The notes: a model not told the origin generated them from the sequence alone. DNA of 64,000 nt from an uncultured Methylomirabilota bacterium (GCA_963845565.1 CAWJSJ010000002.1:288001-352000); one strand, 5' to 3'. Numbered from the stretch's first letter, positions 9,644 through 18,548 are shown. Translations and numbers: made by a program.

Positions 9644-9808
9644 TCAACGGGTACCCACGCGCAGCAGGCGGGCCGCGAGGCCCGGCGAAACCTCGATAGC
9701 CCCCTGGGGGCACATCTCCTGGCAGCAGAAGCAGGCGATGCAGCGTTCGCAGTCGATGTCCGGCGCAGCGTGACGCCCCCGCGCGCGTGGGGTGTCTGGC
9801 GCATCCAA
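9644..9808 (-). pseudogene. Orphan C-terminal 4Fe-4S fragment, of the type found on DUF362 proteins
   Basis: Hand translation gives DIDCERCIACFCCQEMCPQGAIEV...RVGTR*; too short for the ORF track and no upstream domain is present. Confidence 0.6.
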
Positions 9809-10087
9809 GCGGGCCGGGCCGCGCGATGGCGACAGCCATCGCGAGCATCACGTGTTTTACTTGGCCGGGTAGTATTTCCTGACCGAGTTTACGGCCGCTT
9901 TTGATACCTTCCCGAGTGAGGTCCTGGCGCTGTTCGGCCAGGCGGCCAGGCCGGCCAAGCCGACCTCCAGGGTGAAAGCCAAGACGCGGAGCGTGGCGTG
10001 GGCGAGGCCGATCCCCCGGGGCAAGGCGACGGCCGCCAAGTCCGTGCGCTCTTGGCGACCTTCGCGGCTCAGCCGTGCCATTCAGAC

Positions 10088-10900
10088 TCAAACGGGGCCG
10101 CCGATTCCCTTCAGGAGCGCCCCCACGGCGTAGGCCACGCCGGCGGCGAGGCCGCCGACCAGCAGCATCTCCAGGCCGCTTCGCAGGGCGCTCATCTGGG
10201 TCACCAGGACCTTGGTGGCCCCCAAGCCGAAGAGAGCCAATGCCGACAGGAAGAAGGAGGCGGGGAAGAGGACCGAGGCAGGGATGGCCACCGCCATGGC
10301 CAGGAGGTAGACCAGGAGGGGCACGCTCCCGGCGACGACGAAGGCGACGACGGTGGCCAGGCCGCTCAGCAGCGGGTTCTTTTCCTCCTTCAGCATCCCC
10401 AGCTCCTCCAACATCATGCTGTCGACCCAGCGCTCCCGGTCGTGCGTCTTGATGGCGACCAGTTGACGGGCCTCCTCCTCCGAGTAGCCCTGCCTCCGGT
10501 ACAGGTCGAACAGTTCGGCCCGCTCCCCCTCGGGAAAACGGTCCACCTCCCACGCCTCCCGCGCCCGCTCCCGCTCGTAGTATTCCCGCTCGCTCTTGGC
10601 CGACAAGTACGCCCCGATGCCCATGGAGAAGCCGTCGGCCAGGAGGTTCGCCAGGCCCAGGATCAGGATCACGTTGATGCCGAGCTGGGCCCCCGCCACG
10701 CCACTCACCACGGCGAAGGTGGTGATGATGCCGTCGAGGCCGCCGTATACCATTTCGCCGAGGTACTGGCTTCCGGCCCCGCCGTGCTCCTCCCGGCTGG
10801 CATGGGCAATCCGGCCGGGATCGTGGGCCCTGGCGGACGCCGATGCGTCGCCGCGGGAAAAGGCCTGGCGTGCCTCCTCGAGTCGGCGTGAAAGACCCAT
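10088..10900 (-). CDS. VIT1/CCC1 iron/manganese transporter
   Basis: VYGGLDGIITTFAVVSG, ANLLADGFSMG, MMLEELG. Confidence 0.92.
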   Translation of the reverse strand: MGLSRRLEEARQAFSRGDASASARAHDPGRIAHASREEHGGAGSQYLGEMVYGGLDGIITTFAVVSGVAGAQLGINVILILGLANLLADGFSMGIGAYLSAKSEREYYERERAREAWEVDRFPEGERAELFDLYRRQGYSEEEARQLVAIKTHDRERWVDSMMLEELGMLKEEKNPLLSGLATVVAFVVAGSVPLLVYLLAMAVAIPASVLFPASFFLSALALFGLGATKVLVTQMSALRSGLEMLLVGGLAAGVAYAVGALLKGIGGPV

Positions 10901-11100
10901 GGCGCTCCTCTTCTCTCGCTCGGGGGTTGCCAGGCAGGCTTCGCTCTCCCTGGTCGAAGGCGGCCAGGGCGGCCGGCTGCCGGAAGCTCAGCGTGTTGAG
11001 CCGGTTCAGATGCAGCGCCCGCCTCTCGGTGGAGTAGATGGCCTTGGTCTTGGCCAGATCGGGCTGCGTATCCTGGTTTGGCGTCTTCGCGATGGGTGAT

Positions 11101-11430
11101 GGTGATAGTTATTTGCTATTGGGTCCGGCGCGAGGATCCTGGCGACGGGGTTCCCCCGAGGCCACCGGGGCCATCGCTCCGCGCCTCGCGGGAGGTGGCC
11201 AGCCGCTGGGCGGGAGTATCGAGCGCCCGGGACAGGGGTGTCAAGGGCAAACGCGACTCACCCGGGCGCCAGGGAGGGGACACGCCAGGCCGAGGACGGT
11301 GCCGACCGAGTACCCCGGCAGAACGACCTCAGTACGCGGCGCGCGCGACCCGTTGCAGGGAATACGGCAACGGGTACCCCGCCGGTGGCCTATGCGCCGG
11401 GGCGGGCAACGGGACCAGGTGGCGGAGCGC
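11101..11430. repeat. Intergenic repeat family, copy B
   Basis: Aligns with 8375-8620 and 14716-14913 in direct orientation. Confidence 0.85.
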
Positions 11431-11556
11431 CTTTTCGATCACAGTGCGCTGTTGAATGAACTGCCTCGAGGCAAGTCGTGAGGCGGTTGATTGCGGCAGA
11501 GCCACGTTCTCGTTTTGTGCAGCTCGCGTTCGCGCGCGGAACCTCCGCAATTTGTC

Positions 11557-11584
11557 TTGACTCTGTAAATCCGTACGCTAGATT
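11557..11584 (+). promoter_or_regulatory. Possible promoter of the radical SAM locus
   Basis: TTGACT-N16-TAGATT in an AT-richer patch about 480 bp upstream of the ATG. Confidence 0.35.
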
Positions 11585-12061
11585 GTGCCTGCGAGGAAGG
11601 CCAACGCGCAGCGCCGCGAGGTCGCGCTCGCTGTCGGTAACACGGGCGCATTGGATGCGGTCCCGGCCCCTGGGGAACCAGGGTGCGTTGAAACCGGGCC
11701 TACAAAGACAGGTGTAACGCTCTCTTTCACCTCGGTCCACCTCGAGCCCCTAACGTGCTCACACCCCACCTAATGGTCGTGCCTTCCCGGGCTGCCCGCA
11801 ACGCCAATTCACCTCTCGAGGACACGCCCGAACACCAGGCGCGCCGGAGGTGACCGCTCCGTCCCCGGCGACGAAAACAGTCCGTGATGATGCCACACAC
11901 CCTCGACCCCTCGGCGGCACGCCGGACCGTCCAAAACACTCCGGGGGCGCGCCTTTCCATCGCGGCCCGCTGGGTTTGCGCTCACATGGCGGAAGACCGG
12001 CACCCTGTACACCTGGCGGCGGGAGACGGGACAGCATCCAAGCTGCACATCCGGAGGGCGC

Positions 12062-13930
12062 ATGGCGCGACATGTAGATCTGATTCTCCCCCTGGGTGAA
12101 GAGCATGGCCAGGCGTTGATCGCCGGGCAGCAGCCACGCCACACCCAAGACGGCATTGCCGCCGATGCGCTGGCGACGCGATCCGATCTCTACGCATGGT
12201 TGATGCAGCGCCAGATCGGCCGCATCTTACGCCTCGTGACCTTGGAAGCCTCCGGTGAGCCGGTGCAGGCCGACGCGTTCGATGTGGGAGGCCGCCCATT
12301 GTCGCGAACGCGTGGGGTCCGCGTTTCCTATGAAACGCTGGCAAGCTACACGAGGCATGACCCCGTTGTTGGTTATATAGCGGACCGCTTGAAGCGGGCC
12401 CTGCGCACCGGGCGTTTCTCGCGACGAGGCGCGCCCATTGTTGTTGACGGCTTTCGGCTACGCGACCTGGCGCAGTGGTCCACGTATCCCACCGAGTCCC
12501 TCAGCGACAACATCGGCTCAATCTCGAGCTACTGCAACTGCGATTGCGAGTTCTGCTTCGAGAAGAACACGGCGAGTACTGAACTGTCATTGGGCCGGGC
12601 GCAGTTGAGCCGCCTTGAGGTGGAAACCCGCATACGCCATTACCATCCGACGCGCCGTACTGGACTGATTCCTTCGGCACGCTTTTCGCTCGAGCCATTC
12701 GCAAATCCGCACTGCCTGGCGATCCTCGAGCGCGTTCATGCGGTCGCTCCGAACGAGGTCATCTGTTTCACGACCAATGGCTCGTTCCTCACCGAGGACG
12801 TCGTCGTTCGGCTGGCGCGCCTCCAGCCCCTACTTGTCGTGGTCTCCTTGAATTCGGGAACGGTGGAGACGCGGCGGCGCACGATGCGCGACCACCATCT
12901 CGGTGGCGACGAAACCGCCTTCGCCGCCCTGCGCTTGCTCAAATGCCACGAGATTCCATACCTCGTGAGCTACGTCCCGTGGCCGTCGCGCCCGTTGTCT
13001 GACATGGAGGAGATGGTTCGCCTGGTCGATGAGAACGACGGGCTCTTCGCGCGCATTTGTCTACCTTCGTGGACGCGCGCCTCGGCGGCCGCTCCACCGT
13101 TCGATACGGAAACGTATTGGGCAGAGATCCGACAGGTGGTGGACGAGCTCCGCGGCCAAGTCAGCCTCCCCATCCACGTCATGCCAGCCATGTACGAATT
13201 GCCGACGATGCGCCCCGTTATCCACGGCGCCATCAAGAACTCCCCGGCAGCGCGGGCCGGTCTCCAGTACGGTGACCTGATCCTGGGGGTTGACGGAAGC
13301 CCGGTCCACACTCGTGCGGAGCTGAGCGGCCTGCTGGGGATGCGTTACGATGATTTGGAGATTATATCCACCCGCTTCACCGTGCAGCGCGCCGATCGCG
13401 TGATGGAGGTCGAGGTCCCGATGGTGCGGGATCGATCACAGCTCGCGTATCCCTACCGCGCGGTCGTCCACGCCACGGCGAAGCGCTGGGGCAGCAGTCT
13501 CGGCATCCACATGGGCGACGGGATTCCGCTGCGGAGCTTTGTTGACCTCAGAAGCATCGCGGACGAGTACACCGGCAAGACCGTGCTGTTCTACATCTCG
13601 CCGCTCGCGGGCACCAGCTTCTCGGAAGGAATCACCATGCTCGGCGCCGAGGCCGGGTTCCTGGGGCGCAAAGGATTTCACGTGGAGACCCTGGCGCCTC
13701 GGTACTGGGGTGGCAATGTGGTCGTCGGCGACCTGTGGACCTTTCACGATCTGGTCGAGCAGACGCGCCGTTGGATTGCGCATCATGGCATACGGCCCGA
13801 CGTAGTGGTTGCGCCGGGGACGTTTATGGGAACCGGCGGCCGCGATCTCATGGGCACCTGCTACCTGGACTTCGAGCGCGCGCTGGGTATTGAATTCCGC
13901 GCGCTCTCCTGCCCGCGCATCGGGATCTGA
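12062..13930 (+). CDS. Radical SAM protein with internal PDZ-like and C-terminal DUF512-like domains
   Basis: CNCDCEFC (CxxxCxxC, aa 158-165), EPF, TTNG, VSLNS; NSPAARAGLQYGDLILGVDG (PDZ-like); YWGGNVVVGDLWTFHDL (DUF512-like). Confidence 0.85.
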   Translation: MARHVDLILPLGEEHGQALIAGQQPRHTQDGIAADALATRSDLYAWLMQRQIGRILRLVTLEASGEPVQADAFDVGGRPLSRTRGVRVSYETLASYTRHDPVVGYIADRLKRALRTGRFSRRGAPIVVDGFRLRDLAQWSTYPTESLSDNIGSISSYCNCDCEFCFEKNTASTELSLGRAQLSRLEVETRIRHYHPTRRTGLIPSARFSLEPFANPHCLAILERVHAVAPNEVICFTTNGSFLTEDVVVRLARLQPLLVVVSLNSGTVETRRRTMRDHHLGGDETAFAALRLLKCHEIPYLVSYVPWPSRPLSDMEEMVRLVDENDGLFARICLPSWTRASAAAPPFDTETYWAEIRQVVDELRGQVSLPIHVMPAMYELPTMRPVIHGAIKNSPAARAGLQYGDLILGVDGSPVHTRAELSGLLGMRYDDLEIISTRFTVQRADRVMEVEVPMVRDRSQLAYPYRAVVHATAKRWGSSLGIHMGDGIPLRSFVDLRSIADEYTGKTVLFYISPLAGTSFSEGITMLGAEAGFLGRKGFHVETLAPRYWGGNVVVGDLWTFHDLVEQTRRWIAHHGIRPDVVVAPGTFMGTGGRDLMGTCYLDFERALGIEFRALSCPRIGI

Positions 13931-14019
13931 GCGCGGTCAAGGGGAAGGAGGTGATGGCCTCCGTTTTCTGCCATTGGAGTTGCACGTCGAGTCACGACAA
14001 CCCGTAAAGGAGGAAAGGC

Positions 14020-14346
14020 ATGGAAGAGAAGGTGTCTGCCCCAGAGACGAAGATGGACGAGACCCCCGAGACCGAGGACTCCCGGCGCGAGGTGATCGGA
14101 AAGGTGTTTGCCGCGCTCGGTGCGGCGACTGTTGGAAGTTTGATCGCGTCCGTGGGCGAGGCCGCACAGCAGATGCCTCCCCAGGCGATGCCCGCCCCCG
14201 CGGGAGTTGCCCTGCGTTCGGGGAAGCTGCAGAGCGGCGGCTTCGCGCTCTCGCTGGGAGGAAAGGACATCGCGACGGCACTCGCTCGCGAAGGCCTGAA
14301 CTCGAAGCTGGGCGAGAGAAGCTCGGTCACGCTGACTTGGGAATAG
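14020..14346 (+). CDS. Small protein with Tat-like signal; candidate substrate of the radical SAM enzyme
   Basis: Strong RBS AAAGGAGG; SRREVIGK, hydrophobic stretch, GEAA; ends SVTLTWE. Confidence 0.75.
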   Translation: MEEKVSAPETKMDETPETEDSRREVIGKVFAALGAATVGSLIASVGEAAQQMPPQAMPAPAGVALRSGKLQSGGFALSLGGKDIATALAREGLNSKLGERSSVTLTWE

Positions 14347-14365
14347 AACGCCTGTCCTGAACCTG

Positions 14366-14398
14366 CTCACCGTCCCGTCGTACCGGCGGGACGGTGAG
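14366..14398 (+). terminator. Stem-loop after the small-protein gene (stabiliser or weak terminator)
   Basis: CTCACCGTCCCG / CGGGACGGTGAG perfect 12-bp stem; no long U tract. Confidence 0.6.
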
Positions 14399-14421
14399 TT
14401 CAACATCCGTAGGAGGGCAGC

Positions 14422-14703
14422 ATGCCCGACGATGAGCGCCTCCCGTTCGAGGCGCCGGCGGTAGAGATCGAGCCCGCAGGAGAGAACGAGTTCGTCTTCC
14501 GTTTTCACCTGGACCCTGATATGCAGGATCCTGACGCCCACCCGGACCCCCTCGTCGAATTGGTACGCGGCCAGTTGGCCGATCTCCTCCGCTGCGCCGT
14601 TCTGACCTGCGGCGGGCGGCGCGTGCGTGCAGATGGCTTTCGGCTGCTGCGCGACCCAGATACCCAGTACGCCATCTTCCCCTCGGGCGGAACCGGATCT
14701 TAA
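14422..14703 (+). CDS. 93-aa hypothetical protein resembling the radical SAM N-terminal repeats
   Basis: RBS AGGAGG; DPLVELVRGQLADLLR...G...ADGFRL. Confidence 0.75.
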   Translation: MPDDERLPFEAPAVEIEPAGENEFVFRFHLDPDMQDPDAHPDPLVELVRGQLADLLRCAVLTCGGRRVRADGFRLLRDPDTQYAIFPSGGTGS

Positions 14704-14715
14704 GATGAGAAGGCT

Positions 14716-14913
14716 GGAAGCGGCCAACCGCTGGACGGGGGACTTCGGGTCCACAGGACGAGGATGTCAAGAGCAAACAGGGGTCGCCTGGGTACCGGGG
14801 ACACACGTCCTCGCCGAGCGCGGCGCCGACTGAGTGCGCCGACGCGGAAGGACAATCCTCAATTCGTGACGAGCGAGGCGACGGCCGGGCTATGCGCCGG
14901 GGCAGGCCGCTTC
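14716..14913. repeat. Intergenic repeat family, copy C (more diverged)
   Basis: GGATGTCAAGAGCAAAC and CTATGCGCCGGGGCAGGCCGCTTC match copies A and B. Confidence 0.75.
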
Positions 14914-14942
14914 CGGACGGTTCGGATCGCCCGCGTCCAGCA

Positions 14943-15046
14943 AGCCGTTGTCAAAGAATCAGTTGAGCGGAGACATTCCGAAACGGCATAAGGAGCCGTA
15001 ACGAAATAGAAAGAGATGTATAGGTTATTTCGTAACGGCTCCTAAG
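14943..15046. repeat. ~105-bp repeat, copy 1, containing a ~50-bp palindromic MITE-like unit
   Basis: Reverse complement of 19058-19162; internal arms GGAGCCGTAACGAAATA / TATTTCGTAACGGCTCC flanked by TAA on both sides. Confidence 0.92.
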
Positions 15047-15600
15047 AGCGTCGCCAGGCCCCGGCTCACCGACCGGATCGCCCGGCGAACTGCGGGCGAG
15101 ATGCCGGCGCCGAGCGACGTGTCCTGGACCTGGATGCCGATCAAGGCCACCTCGCAGGAGAGCTCGCCGACGAGGTACCGCGCCACCATGGAGGCCGGGA
15201 GGGAATGCGTGGAGGTGTTGAGGCCGGCGGCCTCGCGCCAGTCGAGCCAGCGGACCGTGCCGGGCGGGTCGCCCATCTCGGCCGCATCCACCAGGATGAC
15301 GAGGTCCGGGGCGAATCGGCGGATCGCGCCCGTGCAGTTCTCCGGCGCGTGTGCGGCCTCGACCACCAGGAGGGAAAATGGAAGCGGGCCGGGGAGCGTC
15401 GCTCGACCCGGCCCGCTGTCTGTTTCACGAGCGCCTGCGCGACCATCACGCCGGCGGCGTCGTCGCCGTTGAGTCTCCTGGCCCACGCCCACCACGGCCA
15501 CGCGCAGCGGCCGGGACGTCAGGCCGTCCGCCTCACTCCGGGGCGCTGGTTGCAGCCGGCTCAGCGCTTGGCTTGCCGTACGTCGCCACGATGTGCGCAA
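15025..15600 (-). CDS. hycI: HycI-type hydrogenase maturation protease with two compensating frameshifts
   Basis: VAVVGVGQE, then LNGDDAAG in a shifted frame, then PEN, DLVILVDAA, STH. Confidence 0.8.
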   Translation of the reverse strand: MRTSWRRTASQALSRLQPAPRSEADGLTSRPLRVAVVGVGQETQRRRRRRRDGRAGARETDSGPGRATLPGPLPFSLLVVEAAHAPENCTGAIRRFAPDLVILVDAAEMGDPPGTVRWLDWREAAGLNTSTHSLPASMVARYLVGELSCEVALIGIQVQDTSLGAGISPAVRRAIRSVSRGLATLLGAVTK

Positions 15601-15967
15601 CGTCTGCGTCGCTCCCGTAGTTGACCACGAAGTCCTGGCGCTTCAGCGCGGCGCTCTCCCACTGGTCGTGGGCCATCCCCAGACACTCGAGCCGGCAGTT
15701 CTGCACGCACTGCGCGCAGTAGGTGCAGCGATCGGCATGATAGCGCATGACGAACTGTTTGGCCTTCTTGTCGATGGTGATCAGCTCGATGGCATTCGCC
15801 GGGCAGTCCTTCATGCACAGACAGCAGCCGTTGCACTTCCCCGCGGTCCAGACCAGCTTCCCGCGATACTGGTCGGGGGCCTCCAGCCGCTCGAACGGGT
15901 AGCGTTGCGTGACCGGTTTCTTGAAAAACGACTGCCAGATATCGCCCAACATCGTGCCGAATTTCAT
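15533..15967 (-). CDS. NuoI-like 2x[4Fe-4S] hydrogenase subunit
   Basis: TQRYP, CNGCCLCMKDCP, CTYCAQCVQNC. Confidence 0.9.
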   Translation of the reverse strand: MKFGTMLGDIWQSFFKKPVTQRYPFERLEAPDQYRGKLVWTAGKCNGCCLCMKDCPANAIELITIDKKAKQFVMRYHADRCTYCAQCVQNCRLECLGMAHDQWESAALKRQDFVVNYGSDADVAHIVATYGKPSAEPAATSAPE

Positions 15968-16878
15968 GCCACGATCCCCTTCCATGCGATCAGGGCCAGC
16001 CACTGCAGCAGAACCGCCACCGCGCCGTATCGCCACCACAGGCCGACCGTCTGGTCGATCCGGAGGCGTGTCAGGATCGCGTGGAGGCTCGACAGGATTC
16101 CCAGGAGCAGGATGGTCTTCCCGAAGAACTCCAGCGGGTTGGCAATGCCGCCCATGTAGAGCGCGCCGATCAGCGTCAGGCCGACGACCAGCTCGATCTC
16201 CTTGCCCAGGTGAAACAGCCCCAGACCCCGACCACTATATTCCGTCAAGGCCCCGGCCACAATCTCCGTCTTGGCCTTGGGCGCGTCGAAGGGGGGCATC
16301 TCCAGCTTCCCCATCAAACCGATCAGGGCCACCACGAATCCGAACGGCTGGGTCAACAGGATCCACGGCCCTTGGTTCTTCGACACGATCTCGCCGATCT
16401 GCCAGCTCTGGGCGACGATCGCCGGCCCCAGGAGCGCCAGCATGAAGGGCGCTTCGTAGGAGAAGAGCTGCGTCAGCGCCCGGGTCGCCCCCATCATGGT
16501 GAACCGGCTGGTGCTGTTCCAGCCGGCCATGCCGATGGACATCGTGAGCAAGCTCAGGAGGTAGAGCGTCACGATCAGGTCGCCGGGGAAGCTCATGGCG
16601 GGTCGGAATCCCAGCAGCGGGACATAGAGGGCCGCCGTGAGGGCGCCGGCCATGGCCACCACCGGCAGGACCCCGAACAGGATCGGATGGGCGGTCGCGG
16701 GCGTGATCTCCTCCTTGACCAGGAGCTTCACGATGTCCGCCACCGTCTGGAACCAGCGCGGTCCGATCCGGTTCTGGAATCGGGCGAGCAGCTTCCGGTC
16801 GACCCACTCGTAGGTCAGGGCCAGGACGATCAGGAAGAGGCCGCCCGGGAAGAACAGCAGGTTGATCAGCGCACGCAT
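15964..16878 (-). CDS. NuoH-like membrane subunit
   Basis: DRKLLARFQNRIGP, SYE, PFD, EIVAGALTEYSG. Confidence 0.9.
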   Translation of the reverse strand: MRALINLLFFPGGLFLIVLALTYEWVDRKLLARFQNRIGPRWFQTVADIVKLLVKEEITPATAHPILFGVLPVVAMAGALTAALYVPLLGFRPAMSFPGDLIVTLYLLSLLTMSIGMAGWNSTSRFTMMGATRALTQLFSYEAPFMLALLGPAIVAQSWQIGEIVSKNQGPWILLTQPFGFVVALIGLMGKLEMPPFDAPKAKTEIVAGALTEYSGRGLGLFHLGKEIELVVGLTLIGALYMGGIANPLEFFGKTILLLGILSSLHAILTRLRIDQTVGLWWRYGAVAVLLQWLALIAWKGIVA

Positions 16879-16883
16879 AGTGT

Positions 16884-18548
16884 TCACCGCCGAGTCTGGG
16901 TGCTGGCGTGCCGGCGCAGATCCTCCCGCGTCCAGATCCGGCGGTCGCCACCACGTCGGTTGACGACGATCATGCGATCGTTGCACGAGAAGCACGGGTC
17001 GATGCCGGCCAAAAGCGGCGGCACGTCGGCCATCTGCGAGCCGACCGCCTTCGTCAGGACGTAGATCCAGTTGCAGATGCTGGGAGTCCGGATCTTGACC
17101 CGCTCCGGCTTGTCGGTGCCGTTGCTCTTGATGTAGTAGAACAGCTCGCCGCGGGGCGCTTCGAACCGGCTGATCGTCTCCCCGGCGGGGATCTTCCGCG
17201 GGAACTTGACCGTCAGGTCGCCTTCGGGGAGGCCATCCAGGATGGCGCGAATCACCCGCACGCTTTCCAGCGTCTCCAGCATCCGGACCTTGAACCGCGC
17301 CGCCAGATCCCCCGCCGAGTCCACCGATGCGGTGACCGGGAACTGCTTGTAGCTGCCATACGGCGCGTCCACGCGGACGTCCCGCGTCACTCCGGCGGCC
17401 CGCAGCGTCGGCCCGAGCAGGCCAAGGGTGTCGGCCTCTTCCTTGCTGGTCACGCCGATTCCCTGCGCGCGGGCCAGGAAAGAGGTGTCGGTCGTCACGA
17501 CGTGAAGGTAGTGCTTCGCCCGCTCCTCGATCGTGCCCACCGCCCGGCGGATGGCCGCGGCGTGGGCGGCGGTCACGTCGTACTTCACGCCCCCCAGAAC
17601 GCTGGCGCTGTAGTTCACCCGGTTCCCGGTCATCTGCTCCAGGACTTCCATCACCACTTCCCGGTCGCGCCAGCTGTACATCAGCAGGGTCTCGAACCCC
17701 GCCTCGTAGGCCGCCACGCCGAGCCACAGGAAGTGGCTGTGGATCCGCTCCAGACAGGCGACGAGCTGTCGGATGGCCTGGGCCCGCGGGGGCGCCAAGA
17801 CCTTGGCCAGCTGCTCGACGCCGTTCACGAAGGCGTTGGCGTGGCTGTGGGAGCAGATGCCGCACACCCGCTCCGTCAGGTAGAGGTTCTGGGTGTAGCT
17901 CTGCTGCTCGCAGGCCCGCTCGATCCCCCGATGGACGTACCCCAGGCGCACCGTGGCGCCCGTCACCAACTCGCCGTCCACGGCGAACTCGAAGTGGCCG
18001 GGCTCTTTCAAGGCGGGGTGCTGCGGCCCGACGGGGACGATGAACCGATCCCCTTGCCGCCCCATCTCCGGCGGCTCGCTCCCCATCGTCTTCGCCGCCG
18101 CCGCCTGCACGTCGGTGTCCTTGAGGAGCGGGTACGTCGCGTCCGGCCAGCCGTCGGGCAGGAACAGGTGCGAGGTGTCCGCCAGGCCGGTCACCGTCAC
18201 GCCGAACATCTCCATGAGTTCGCGCTCGAAGAACATGGCGTTCGGGTACAGGGCTTGAACGCTCGGAACCGCCCCGCCGGCACGGGGCACCGTGACCCGC
18301 AGCGTGGCGATGGCATCCCCTTCACAGACGTGGTACAGGGCCTCGATCTGATTGGCGTCCTTGCCCAGATCGACGCCTGTCAGCGCCGCCAGGTAGCCCC
18401 AGCGGGCCCCGCGCAGCGCCGTGGTGGCGGCCACCAGATCCGACGGCTGAATGACGACATCCAGCCGGTTCGGCTCGGGCTTGGCCGTCCCCTTGGCGAG
18501 GCCGGCCAGCAGCGATTCCGCCTTCTGCAGCATCACCTCCGTGCTCAT
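16884..18548 (-). CDS. Group 4 [NiFe]-hydrogenase large subunit fused to a NuoC-like domain
   Basis: N-terminal FERELMEMFG; GPQHP; L1 motif RVCGIC; L2 motif DPCFSCNDR followed by a C-terminal extension. Confidence 0.93.
   Translation of the reverse strand: MSTEVMLQKAESLLAGLAKGTAKPEPNRLDVVIQPSDLVAATTALRGARWGYLAALTGVDLGKDANQIEALYHVCEGDAIATLRVTVPRAGGAVPSVQALYPNAMFFERELMEMFGVTVTGLADTSHLFLPDGWPDATYPLLKDTDVQAAAAKTMGSEPPEMGRQGDRFIVPVGPQHPALKEPGHFEFAVDGELVTGATVRLGYVHRGIERACEQQSYTQNLYLTERVCGICSHSHANAFVNGVEQLAKVLAPPRAQAIRQLVACLERIHSHFLWLGVAAYEAGFETLLMYSWRDREVVMEVLEQMTGNRVNYSASVLGGVKYDVTAAHAAAIRRAVGTIEERAKHYLHVVTTDTSFLARAQGIGVTSKEEADTLGLLGPTLRAAGVTRDVRVDAPYGSYKQFPVTASVDSAGDLAARFKVRMLETLESVRVIRAILDGLPEGDLTVKFPRKIPAGETISRFEAPRGELFYYIKSNGTDKPERVKIRTPSICNWIYVLTKAVGSQMADVPPLLAGIDPCFSCNDRMIVVNRRGGDRRIWTREDLRRHASTQTRR

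Noticed and set aside
10950..11080. Coding-like minus-strand fragment DTQPDLAKTKAIYSTERRALHLNRL
   Set aside because: No start codon or recognisable family; possibly a gene remnant
8375..14913. Repeats A-C as a CRISPR array or integron attC sites
   Set aside because: Long degenerate units with kb spacing, no cas or intI gene, no attC core structure recognised
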